Below, piece after piece: positions 1 to 8,996 of a DNA stretch of 64,000 bases (its first letter is position 1; the number at the start of each line of letters is the position of its first letter). The DNA is taken from the NCBI GenBank assembly GCA_964509675.1, contig CAZDXC010000001.1:115973-179972 (forward strand), in the 5' to 3' direction. Both the position numbers and the translations under genes were made by a program. This DNA comes from Candidatus Woesearchaeota archaeon (lineage in GTDB: Archaea > Nanobdellota > Nanobdellia > Pacearchaeales > GW2011-AR1). Below the pieces are notes generated by a model that was not told the DNA's origin, made no database searches, and worked only from the letters and a program-made list of their open reading frames with translations.

Positions 1-1
1 T

Positions 2-331
2 GAGGGCGGAGTTAATATAATTGTTAAAACAGGGCATGGAAAATATTTTGATGTCAAGTCTCTTTCAGGAGGAGAACAGACTCTTATTGCTCTTTCTTTA
101 ATATTCGCAATACAGGAACTAAAGCCTTATTATTTTTATATATTTGATGAGATAGATGCTGCGCTTGACAAGAGAAACTCTGAAAGACTTGCAGAACTTT
201 TGAAAAAATACATGAAAAAGGGACAATATATTATCATAACACACAACGATGAAGTAATATCAAACTCAACTAATCTTTATGGTGTGAGCATGCATGACGG
301 CATTTCAAAAATTGTAAGCTTAAAGATATAA
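2..331 (+). CDS. smc: SMC chromosome segregation ATPase, C-terminal fragment (5' partial at window edge)
   Basis: The frame runs in from position 2 and stops at TAA 329-331. It carries the ABC signature LSGGEQT, Walker B/D-loop FYIFDEIDAALD and the H-loop IIITHN, which match the archaeal SMC C-terminal head. Confidence 0.8.
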   Translation, partial: EGGVNIIVKTGHGKYFDVKSLSGGEQTLIALSLIFAIQELKPYYFYIFDEIDAALDKRNSERLAELLKKYMKKGQYIIITHNDEVISNSTNLYGVSMHDGISKIVSLKI

Positions 332-389
332 TTTTATCTTATTTTCTCTTTCTAAAAAAATTTATATAACTTGTTTTGTATATTAATAA

Positions 390-1010
390 ATGGATAAATC
401 AGAACTTTTAAAGAAGTTGAAAATGCACAATTTTCCTGAAAAAATAATTAAGGCATTTTCAGATGTTAAGAGAGAAGATTTTCTTCCTGAGAAATTAAGG
501 AATTATGCTTATGAGGATGCTGCTTTGCCGATTGGTTTTGAACAAACAATTTCACAACCATATACAATCGCTATGATGCTTTCTCTTCTTGAATTAAAGA
601 AAGATAAAAATCAAAAAGTTTTGGAAATCGGTTCTGGAAGCGGTTATGTTCTTTCCCTCATTTCAAAAATTATAGGAAAAGGAGAAATCTATGGAATTGA
701 AAGAATAAAAAAACTTGCAGATATTTCAAAAAAACATCTGAAAGGATACAAAAATATCGGGATTTATAATGCAAATGGAATAGAGGGATTGCCTGAAAAG
801 GCTCCCTTTGACAGGATTATAATAAGCGCAGGATATAAAGAAATTCCTAAGAAATTAATTTCTCAGTTAAGAAATAGGGGGATTATTGTTGCCCCGCTTG
901 GAAGAGAGCATGAAAAATCCCTGATGCAGTTTGAGAAAGTAGAAGGAAAATTGGTTCTTAAAAAAGAGGTTCCTGGTTTTTCTTTTGTTCCACTGATAGA
1001 AAAAGAATAA
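390..1010 (+). CDS. pcm: protein-L-isoaspartate O-methyltransferase
   Basis: TISQPYTIAMML together with the SAM-binding VLEIGSGSGY are PIMT family hallmarks. The length of 206 aa is typical. Confidence 0.85.
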   Translation: MDKSELLKKLKMHNFPEKIIKAFSDVKREDFLPEKLRNYAYEDAALPIGFEQTISQPYTIAMMLSLLELKKDKNQKVLEIGSGSGYVLSLISKIIGKGEIYGIERIKKLADISKKHLKGYKNIGIYNANGIEGLPEKAPFDRIIISAGYKEIPKKLISQLRNRGIIVAPLGREHEKSLMQFEKVEGKLVLKKEVPGFSFVPLIEKE

Positions 1011-1011
1011 A

Positions 1012-1416
1012 TTACTTTTTCTTATTTTTTTTACTCTTTGCTCCTTCTGCCAAAAAACTCAAAATATTCCCTGCATAAACCATTGCAATATCTGAGATAG
1101 TGTCTATATTAAATAATTTTGAACTTTTGAATACATAAAAATTTTCAAAAGGTTCCCATAAAGCACTAAACATTGTTCCTGCCGCTAATCCTGCCAATGC
1201 TCCTTTAATTCCTCCCCCTGCTTTTCTATAAACAAATGTCCCAAGTCCAACTCCAATAGCAAAATGGTCTACAGAATTGTATTGATTTAAATCATAATGA
1301 AAAACTGCATTAGAAACAGTATTTGCTACCTTCCCAGCAAGCCATGCCACAGCCAAGTTAAATCCTGCTTTGTGCAGGTCTTCATCATTTGTGATCTTCT
1401 TCAAGAGATTTTTCAT
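1012..1416 (-). CDS. hypothetical Gly-rich small membrane protein
   Basis: A 134-aa ORF with a glycine-zipper-like hydrophobic stretch (GVGLGTFV..GGGIKGALAGLAAG). It ends with a Lys tail. Confidence 0.4.
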   Translation of the reverse strand: MKNLLKKITNDEDLHKAGFNLAVAWLAGKVANTVSNAVFHYDLNQYNSVDHFAIGVGLGTFVYRKAGGGIKGALAGLAAGTMFSALWEPFENFYVFKSSKLFNIDTISDIAMVYAGNILSFLAEGAKSKKNKKK

Positions 1417-1472
1417 TTTAATTGAAAATCAAATAAATATAAAATAAAAAAATAAAAAAAATAAAAAGGAAT

Positions 1473-2675
1473 TTAGTAATAACTTTCGCCGAATTCTTCA
1501 GTTTTTTGCGGTTTCTTTGTTATCAACACAATCAATACAACTAACAAAACAAGGAATACTACTGCCAAAATTATTGTTAGCACTAATACAGGGCTTGTCA
1601 ATTGAGTTGATTCTGCTGTTCCTGAAAACTTAACAGTGCTTAAAAGTTCATTTCCAGAGAAAACCAAAACATCGAAATTGTATTCTCCTGTTGTTGGAGT
1701 TTCTATTGTAACAGTTTTGCTTGAAGCAGCTGGTACAATAACACTGATTTCAGTGTCTTCGTATTTCAATGTATAAACTTTAAGCTGGTTTGTCGGATTT
1801 AACAAGGTCAAATCATTTCCGGATTTCATTGCAACATCAGGAACACCATTTGTTACAACAACATCCTTAGTCATTGTAGAACTTGTCTCGTCATTTCCAG
1901 CCTTGACACTAAGGGTATATGTTCCTGCTTTTACATTGTATGGAACTTCTAAGTAAAGTCTTCCGCTTACAGTATTATCATTGTCATCATCTTCATTAGC
2001 TACATTAACAATATCTCCGAAATAAGCTGTTTTTGACAACTTCAAATCAGTAATACTTGCAGTTACATACAAATCTGCTAAGTCATTGTAACCGACATTT
2101 TTCAAAACAACATCAACTGGGAACAATTGTCCAGCTTCAACTGAATTGCTTGTCATTACTGACTTAATCGCAACATCATATGAAGGTCTCTGAAGTTCTA
2201 AATCAGCACTTGCTTCAGTGCTATAATCTGAATTCCAAATTTTAACATCCAAAGGTAAAGATTCCTCTAAATTATCATTTTGAAAATCAGAAGGAACTTT
2301 CAACGTAAGTGTTTTGACATAGGTTACTCCACTTAAAACATCAAATTTTGAAGTAACAGCAATAACATCTGCTTTATTTCCTTCAAGTGTTGCTTTAACT
2401 TTTACATCAGAAGCACTAGTTATGTTTGTTGGAGTAGCTGTTTCTATAGGATCAGGTATTGTAAAATAAACTTTAACAGTTATAGTATCTCCAGCATCAA
2501 CTGCTACTGTTGTTCCATTAAGGGACATTCCATTTACTGTAATATCAGTAATTTCCGCTATGTCTCCTGTTACTGGTGTTGTAGTAACCATAGATGCTAA
2601 GAACAACACACTTGTAATTAACAAAAAAGAAACCAAAATTCTTTTTGTATTCATCTTTGCGTTCTTTTTAATCAT
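1473..2675 (-). CDS. secreted surface protein with a C-terminal TM anchor
   Basis: It has an N-terminal signal/TM segment, a long Thr/Val/Asp-rich beta-type extracellular region, and a C-terminal hydrophobic anchor (VLVLTIILAVVFLVLLVVLIVLI) followed by a basic tail. Confidence 0.5.
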   Translation of the reverse strand: MIKKNAKMNTKRILVSFLLITSVLFLASMVTTTPVTGDIAEITDITVNGMSLNGTTVAVDAGDTITVKVYFTIPDPIETATPTNITSASDVKVKATLEGNKADVIAVTSKFDVLSGVTYVKTLTLKVPSDFQNDNLEESLPLDVKIWNSDYSTEASADLELQRPSYDVAIKSVMTSNSVEAGQLFPVDVVLKNVGYNDLADLYVTASITDLKLSKTAYFGDIVNVANEDDDNDNTVSGRLYLEVPYNVKAGTYTLSVKAGNDETSSTMTKDVVVTNGVPDVAMKSGNDLTLLNPTNQLKVYTLKYEDTEISVIVPAASSKTVTIETPTTGEYNFDVLVFSGNELLSTVKFSGTAESTQLTSPVLVLTIILAVVFLVLLVVLIVLITKKPQKTEEFGESYY

Positions 2676-2835
2676 TTTTTAATTGCAGAAAAACATTGTT
2701 TTTCTGTATTTTTTGTATGCATGAATTTGTTTATAAACTTTATGGTGACAACAACAAAAATTCATTTGATAGTACTAAATGTTAATAACAAAAAGTGAAT
2801 TAAATTTTTTCAGTAATAAATTGGTTCTCTTTTAT

Positions 2836-3144
2836 TCACTTTATTACACAATCTGGAAATTCATATGAAAAAGCAGGAATGTCTGATTCACAATATTCAT
2901 ATTCTGTAAAAGATATTAATCCGACTTTTAAATGCGGAAACTGCTGCACAATTTTTGCAAGCATGCCCTGGTTGTTCAATCTAGGATGACAAATCATGAC
3001 AGGAAATTCTTTTAAGTCATTTTCTTTAAAGAATTCATCAAAAGAATAATAGGGTTTGAAATCTATTCCTTCCTGTTCTAATCTTTCTATGAATTTTCCT
3101 GCAAATTTTATTCTGTGGTCTATGTAAGCTAATTTGGGTTTCAT
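2836..3144 (-). CDS. hypothetical protein, translationally coupled to dnaG
   Basis: A 102-aa ORF whose ATG overlaps the dnaG stop (TAATG on the minus strand at 3142-3146). Confidence 0.45.
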   Translation of the reverse strand: MKPKLAYIDHRIKFAGKFIERLEQEGIDFKPYYSFDEFFKENDLKEFPVMICHPRLNNQGMLAKIVQQFPHLKVGLISFTEYEYCESDIPAFSYEFPDCVIK

Positions 3145-4277
3145 TACAAACTCAGCAATTTTACCTTTGTGTCTGTTGTTGCAAAATTCTTAGCAACTAT
3201 TACTCTGCATCCAATTTCTTCAGCAGAATTTATTATAGAATTTGTCGCTTTTCCGTCAATTACTATTGCTGTTGGTTTATTTCTTAATCTTTTTAATGCA
3301 TTTGCTAAGCTTTTTACTGAGACTCTTTTAATTTCATCCAATGAACTGTCAAGCAGTACTGCTTTTCCGCTCCCCTCATTTTCACCAGAAATTTTCTTCA
3401 TCTTTTTTCTGTCATCAGCATTTAACTCTAATTCTTTTTCTTCTTTTTTATAATTTCTTGGATTTGAAGAAAAAAACTCCTTTAAGGGGAGTTTTTTTCT
3501 CAGGCTCATTAAAATTTCTTTGCCGGTGAGTTCTTCCACTTCCTTTCCGTCTGGTGCAACAGCAACATATTTCACATTTGCATTATCAGCAACATTCTTG
3601 ACAATCAATTTCCCTCCTCTGTCGCCGTCAACAAATAAAATTATGTCTTTTTCTTTGCTCAATTCCTTGATTTCTTCAGGGAGTTTTGTTCCGTTCATTG
3701 CAATGACATTGTTGATTCCGTTTCTCATCAAATTCAAAACATCTGCTCTTCCTTCAACCACAATTATCTCTTTTCCTGTCAGGTCTCCTGCAGAAAGTTT
3801 GCTTTCTCCATATTCTTTGATATTCGCAGTCCTTGCAGAATCTTTGATTTCTGTAGAAATCTCTCTTGAATCTGTCTTGCCGTGAATGTCATGCATGAGT
3901 CTCTTTGCTCTTTCAACAATATAATCTCTCTTGCTTCCTCTCACATCTTCTATTTTTTCTACTTCAATCTGAGAATCACAAGGTCCGATTCTTTCTATTG
4001 TTTCAATAGCAGCAGCAATAAGACTAGTCTCACTCTGGTCAAGGGCAGTCGGAATTTTTATGGTTCCCACTGTATTCTTTCCTTCTTTGTGCAAATCAAC
4101 TTCAATTCTTCCTATTTTTCCTTCTTTTTGCAATTCTCTCATCTCTAATTCAGCTCCCAAAAGTCCTTCTGTCTGCCCGAATATAGCTCCGATTACATCA
4201 GGCTTTTCAAGAGCTCCTTCAACTGAAAAATTTGCATGTATCATATATTTGATTGATACTGGACTTATTTTTGCCAT
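3144..4277 (-). CDS. dnaG: archaeal DnaG primase (TOPRIM)
   Basis: The N-terminus ISPVSIKYMIHANFSVEGALEKPDVIGAIFGQTEGLLG is the characteristic archaeal DnaG start. A TOPRIM region follows (IIVVEGRADVLNL ... ILFVDGDRGG). Confidence 0.85.
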   Translation of the reverse strand: MAKISPVSIKYMIHANFSVEGALEKPDVIGAIFGQTEGLLGAELEMRELQKEGKIGRIEVDLHKEGKNTVGTIKIPTALDQSETSLIAAAIETIERIGPCDSQIEVEKIEDVRGSKRDYIVERAKRLMHDIHGKTDSREISTEIKDSARTANIKEYGESKLSAGDLTGKEIIVVEGRADVLNLMRNGINNVIAMNGTKLPEEIKELSKEKDIILFVDGDRGGKLIVKNVADNANVKYVAVAPDGKEVEELTGKEILMSLRKKLPLKEFFSSNPRNYKKEEKELELNADDRKKMKKISGENEGSGKAVLLDSSLDEIKRVSVKSLANALKRLRNKPTAIVIDGKATNSIINSAEEIGCRVIVAKNFATTDTKVKLLSL

Positions 4278-4587
4278 TTTAATTTATTCCGTTTAATTAA
4301 TCTGAAATCTATGATTTCTAGAAATATCTTTTAGATTTACGAATCTCTCTTTCTCGTTCTCTTTTCCCTTAAAAATGAATCAGGAAATGAATGTGATGTG
4401 ATACTATTAATCTGGTCTAATAGATATTCCTGAATATTGGGGGAAAAAATAGTTTTTAAATGTTGCCTAAGAAGTTCTAAAGATTTTTAAAATTCTTTTT
4501 TTTCTTAATTTTATAATTCCTCTTTTTATGTTTGTAAAATTATGAATTAATAAAAAAATTTATAACATAAGTACATATAATATTGTA

Positions 4588-5304
4588 ATGACTAACAAGG
4601 ATTTACTTGAGAAAATAGATAGTAATATTAGCGAATTGCATAGAGATTATTTTTTTGGAGGAAGAAAAAGGAGAGAAACACATAATTTCATAATAGGTAT
4701 CTTAATAGGTATTGGTATCTCACTTATGGTTGAAGCAGGGATACAACTTTATTTAGGTTATAGTTCTTTTAATCTATATTCATCTGTATTAAGCGAAAAT
4801 AATTTAACTATGCAGAATTTACCCCTTTTTGAACAGATAGACTATGGAAATTTATTAATTAACAATTTACATCTAATGTTTATAATTGCAATTGGATTTT
4901 TAATAACGATAAGTAGTTTTTTTTATTATGCTTCTGTGAACAGACATCTTTTTAACCACATGGTTAAATATTCTTATAAATTAGGAAGAGGGGAGACTTT
5001 GTATTATATACTAAAGAGAATTGAATGTATCTTTAAAGAAATAAAAAAAGATAATAAATTTAGGTGGGTTGGAGGAAAAATATATTATATAGATGAAAAA
5101 GTAGTCTTTTCATTTTATAATAAATTAAAAAAATTCTTAATGTTAGAATATGATAATAAACTTATAATAAAGAAAAATGAAATTATATTACTTTGTCAAA
5201 CTTCTAATTTTGGAGAAGATTTTGGATTATTAATAGAAGAATTTTTAGAGCAACTAAAAAAGAATAAAATAATAACTAATTTAAAAAGAGAAAAAAGAAC
5301 CTAA
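4588..5304 (+). CDS. hypothetical membrane protein
   Basis: A 238-aa ORF with two predicted TM segments, lying in a very AT-rich stretch with no recognisable motif. Confidence 0.4.
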   Translation: MTNKDLLEKIDSNISELHRDYFFGGRKRRETHNFIIGILIGIGISLMVEAGIQLYLGYSSFNLYSSVLSENNLTMQNLPLFEQIDYGNLLINNLHLMFIIAIGFLITISSFFYYASVNRHLFNHMVKYSYKLGRGETLYYILKRIECIFKEIKKDNKFRWVGGKIYYIDEKVVFSFYNKLKKFLMLEYDNKLIIKKNEIILLCQTSNFGEDFGLLIEEFLEQLKKNKIITNLKREKRT

Positions 5305-5495
5305 CAATATAGTTGGTATTATTTCAAAATATTAACTGAACAGGTAAAAATTTTTAAGTATGACTTCCCTTTAAATCTTATGAGGGTTAAAAGAGTGATA
5401 TGGTTGAGGATTAAACAGAGTTTTCTTAAGCAAAATTTAAAAAGTATGCCTTTTAATATTTGTTCTACTAAATTAAGTTACAGAGGTTTTTAAAA

Positions 5496-5717
5496 ATGTC
5501 AGAAGAAATAGAAGAAGTAAAAAAGATTACTGAAGAATATTTAAAAAATTTAGGAATAGATAATCTGAGAATAATTTATGCTAATAGAACTAATGGAAAC
5601 TGGAAGGTTATTGTTAAGTATCCAACACCAGATAATCCAGAAAATATGTCTATGCTTCTGATTGATTGGGCTACTAAAAAAGTTATTACATTTAGAGAAG
5701 GAATATTGCCTTATTAA
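5496..5717 (+). CDS. hypothetical small protein, upstream partner of the aspartic protease
   Basis: A 73-aa ORF whose stop lies 2 nt before the next ORF's start. Confidence 0.35.
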   Translation: MSEEIEEVKKITEEYLKNLGIDNLRIIYANRTNGNWKVIVKYPTPDNPENMSMLLIDWATKKVITFREGILPY

Positions 5718-5719
5718 AA

Positions 5720-6088
5720 ATGGGATTGATAATTAAAGAAGTTGGTATTCTAGGTTCAAAAAATAGATACAAAAAATTAAAAGCACTTTTTGATACAGGA
5801 GCGACACGTAATTATATAAGTGAGAGTTTTAATGATAAAGAGACTATTGATGATATTGGTATTGTTAGTTATCATGGACAAGATTTTGTTATTTTCCCAG
5901 ATGGATTTAAAAAAGAAGGAGAGATAATTAGTTTGAAATTGTTAAAGATCAATGGAGTAGAACCAATTAAACAACCCAAATTTTTTTTATTGGATATGAA
6001 AATGTATGATATAATAATCGGTGCAAAACTAATGCAACAATTAAGAATGGTCCTTAATCCATCTATTAAAGAAATAAATTTTAATTAA
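5720..6088 (+). CDS. clan AA (retropepsin-like) aspartic protease
   Basis: The active-site motif LFDTGATRNYI (DTGA) sits in a 122-aa protein followed by a hydrophobic flap region, which is typical of single-domain archaeal clan-AA peptidases. Confidence 0.6.
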   Translation: MGLIIKEVGILGSKNRYKKLKALFDTGATRNYISESFNDKETIDDIGIVSYHGQDFVIFPDGFKKEGEIISLKLLKINGVEPIKQPKFFLLDMKMYDIIIGAKLMQQLRMVLNPSIKEINFN

Positions 6089-6316
6089 CTAATCTAATCA
6101 AACTCCAATCATTTATTTTATTTATAACCCTCTAATTTCTTTTTCAGAATTCTTAATATGTCTTCAAGATCATCAAAATCAGAAAGATTATTTATCGGAA
6201 CTTCAAAATTAGTGTTGCTTCCTGTAATTGAAACAACATACCTGCTTTTTTTGTCCTCTTTGTCCATGATATAATCATAAGTCCGTAGTTTAAAAGTTTT
6301 TATTTAGAAAAATGTA

Positions 6317-6517
6317 TTATTCCATAACTTTGAAAACCAATCCGCTTTCTTTTAGTCTTCTGCTTAATTCCTGGCTCGCCTTTGTGCTTGCAGCAAATTC
6401 AATGCTCCCCTCTTTTTTATCATATTTGAAATTTCCAATATGGTAATGACTTATAATTCCCAATAAGATTCTGTAATCTTTTATTCTTCCAAGCTTGCTT
6501 ACTTTATATTTTATCAT
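6317..6517 (-). CDS. hypothetical small protein downstream of tuf, in the position where rps10 usually sits
   Basis: A 66-aa ORF on the same strand immediately after tuf. It has no similarity to S10. Confidence 0.35.
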   Translation of the reverse strand: MIKYKVSKLGRIKDYRILLGIISHYHIGNFKYDKKEGSIEFAASTKASQELSRRLKESGLVFKVME

Positions 6518-6560
6518 TTTAAAAATTTAAAAGAAAACTAACCTTATGTTTGTAAGAAAC

Positions 6561-7847
6561 TTACTGTTTCTTCTTAGTTATCTCAATGCAGACGCCTGCA
6601 GCAACTGTTTGTCCCGCATCCCTCACTGCAAATCTGCTCATGAATGGATTTTCTTTTTGAGTTTCCAAGCATAAGTTTCCTTGTGGTTTTATTCTTACTT
6701 TGGCAACATCCCCATTCTTTAAAAAATCAGGATTTTGTTTTACTACTTGCCCTGTTTTTGGGTCAATCTGCTCTATTAGTTCAATGAACTGGCACGGAAC
6801 CTGAGCTGTGTGAACATGGAACACAGGTGTGTAACCTTTAGCCAAAACAGTCGGATGATTTATTACTGCAATCTGAGCAATGAATTCTTCTACAACAGGA
6901 ATTGGCTTCTCTGCTTCACAAATAACATCTCCCCTTGCAATGTCTTTCTTTCCAACCCCTCTTACATTTACTCCGACATTATCTCCTGCCACTGCTTCTG
7001 GCATGCTTTCATAGTGCATTTCAATTGTTTTTATCTCTCCTGTTATTCCTTTTCCGGTTCTTCCCGGCAATACTATTACTTTCTGCCCTACTTTCATTGT
7101 TCCTGTTTCAATCTTTCCGACAGGTACAGTTCCTATTCCAGTAATTTCATAAGCATCCTGAACAGGCATTCTCATTGGCAATTCAGTAGGAAGTTCTGGT
7201 TGAGGGAATAAATCAAATTGTTCCATAACAGTAGGTCCATTGTACCAAGACATATTTTCTGATTTTTTAGTAACATTATCTCCTTTTAATCCAGAGCATG
7301 GAATAAAATTAACTTTCTCTAATTTGTACCCGACTGTCTTCAATAAGTTAGAAACATCTTCTTTTATTTTATTGAATTTTTCCTGATTATACTCTATAGC
7401 GTCCATTTTATTAACCAATACTGCAATATTCTGAACCCCCATAGTTCTCAAAAGCCACAAGTGCTCTTTTGTTTGAGGTTCTATTCCTGTTGTTCCTGCA
7501 ACAACCAAGAATGCGGCATCTGCCTGTGAAGCTCCTGTAATCATATTCTTGACAAAGTCCTTGTGCCCAGGAGCATCTATGATTGTAATCTGATATTTTT
7601 GAGTAACAATCTTTTTGTAAGCCAAGTCAATAGTAACTCCTCTTTCTCTTTCCTCTTTAATCTTGTCCATAATATATGCAAATTCAAAACCGGCTTTTCC
7701 GTGCTTTTCAGCTTCGTCCCTGAGTTTTTTCATTTCCTGCTCAGAAACTATTCCAGAATCAAATAATAGTCTTCCGACTGTTGTTGACTTTCCAGCATCT
7801 ACGTGTCCGACGAAGACAACGTTCATATTTGGTTTTTCTTTAGCCAT
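6561..7847 (-). CDS. tuf: translation elongation factor 1-alpha
   Basis: G1 motif GHVDAGKST plus DAPGH, NKMD and SGLKG; the 428-aa length is typical for archaeal aEF1A. Confidence 0.95.
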   Translation of the reverse strand: MAKEKPNMNVVFVGHVDAGKSTTVGRLLFDSGIVSEQEMKKLRDEAEKHGKAGFEFAYIMDKIKEERERGVTIDLAYKKIVTQKYQITIIDAPGHKDFVKNMITGASQADAAFLVVAGTTGIEPQTKEHLWLLRTMGVQNIAVLVNKMDAIEYNQEKFNKIKEDVSNLLKTVGYKLEKVNFIPCSGLKGDNVTKKSENMSWYNGPTVMEQFDLFPQPELPTELPMRMPVQDAYEITGIGTVPVGKIETGTMKVGQKVIVLPGRTGKGITGEIKTIEMHYESMPEAVAGDNVGVNVRGVGKKDIARGDVICEAEKPIPVVEEFIAQIAVINHPTVLAKGYTPVFHVHTAQVPCQFIELIEQIDPKTGQVVKQNPDFLKNGDVAKVRIKPQGNLCLETQKENPFMSRFAVRDAGQTVAAGVCIEITKKKQ

Positions 7848-8047
7848 TTTTATTTTTCCTTGTTTTGGTTATTTCTCTCTATGTATATTTATGTAAATTT
7901 TCGTAAAGAAAATTTGGTAAATATGTAAAAAAAATTTGGTTTATAAATTTTGTGGTTAGGCTTCTTTGTTACCTAAGCGGGACTTTAGACTCCTTGATTT
8001 TTTAGAAAGCAAAATTTTATAAGTTAGTAACTTCTCATTTATTTATT

Positions 8048-8629
8048 ATGGCTCAGACAAATAAACCTTGGTATAAAAAATGGTGGGCAATTACTCTTTT
8101 TGTTATAATTGGTTTGGCTATTATAGGTTCTTTATTGCTAGATTCAAATAATTCTCAAACAAATACAAATCAACCAAATTCTAATCAAGCAACACAAAAT
8201 GAAAATTCTCTATCAACTCAACCATTAACAAGAATTGAGCAAATTGTTAAGAATGTTGGAAATTATGAAGTAACAATCTGGGATACTGGAGGAAATTTTG
8301 CAACAGAAAGTTCTACGCCTTATGAGGTAATTGTTAATACTCAACCAAATACTTTTAGCAGTTGTTTTGATGCTAAAAATTCTTTATATGAAGTTATGAA
8401 AGGGTTATATTCTGATGCTCAACTAAACGGAAAAATAGCAAGAGTTCAATTTACTGCTTGGGGATATTTGAAGTCCAGCTTAGGTTATGATGATGCAAAA
8501 AATTTGAAATGGGATGTCGGACCTTCAAATTATTGGAAAGTAACTTTACAATACAAAGATTATGAAGATACTTCAAGTCCGTTGGCTCAGCAAACTTGGG
8601 GTGTAAAAATTGACGAAAGTTGTAATTAA
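8048..8629 (+). CDS. secreted/membrane-anchored hypothetical protein
   Basis: N-terminal TM segment (WWAITLFVIIGLAIIGSLLL) followed by a Gln/Asn/Thr-rich linker and a globular domain. Confidence 0.45.
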   Translation: MAQTNKPWYKKWWAITLFVIIGLAIIGSLLLDSNNSQTNTNQPNSNQATQNENSLSTQPLTRIEQIVKNVGNYEVTIWDTGGNFATESSTPYEVIVNTQPNTFSSCFDAKNSLYEVMKGLYSDAQLNGKIARVQFTAWGYLKSSLGYDDAKNLKWDVGPSNYWKVTLQYKDYEDTSSPLAQQTWGVKIDESCN

Positions 8630-8663
8630 TTTTCTACGATGATTAAAGGAACTATTAGACAAA

Positions 8664-8966
8664 TTACGTCTTTATCCTGCAATAAGATGCAGCGTAAAAA
8701 GCGTCAAGTCCAAAAGGATTATTCTCAGAAGATAAGGAAAGTTTCCCTCCGAGCAATAATGCATTTGCATCTCTTTTAACCATTTCTGGCTCATCTCTGA
8801 CATCAACACATGTTGAAGTCTGATTTTTTCCATAACTCACTAATATTGGAGGAACAGGCAATAAATGAAAATCATTGACAAGTTCTTTATTGTCCAATTT
8901 TCTATATATCCAATTTCCTTCTCTGTCTTTTTCACTTTCCACAAAAATTAAATTTTTTAAATTCAT
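8664..8966 (-). CDS. hypothetical protein
   Basis: A 100-aa ORF immediately downstream of fusA on the same strand. Confidence 0.4.
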   Translation of the reverse strand: MNLKNLIFVESEKDREGNWIYRKLDNKELVNDFHLLPVPPILVSYGKNQTSTCVDVRDEPEMVKRDANALLLGGKLSLSSENNPFGLDAFYAASYCRIKT

Positions 8967-8996
8967 AAGTCGAGAATTATATTTGCTTTTTTAAAA

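Noticed and set aside
6317-6517. The 66-aa ORF after tuf interpreted as ribosomal protein S10.
   Set aside because: It is in the position where S10 usually lies, but the sequence shows no S10 hallmarks and is too short.
7850-8047. The upstream region of tuf, scanned for a tRNA or ncRNA (a GC-containing stretch GGCTTCTTTGTTACCTAAGCGGGACTTTAGACTCC).
   Set aside because: No cloverleaf could be drawn and there is no T-loop or D-loop signature. It is most likely a 5' UTR or promoter.
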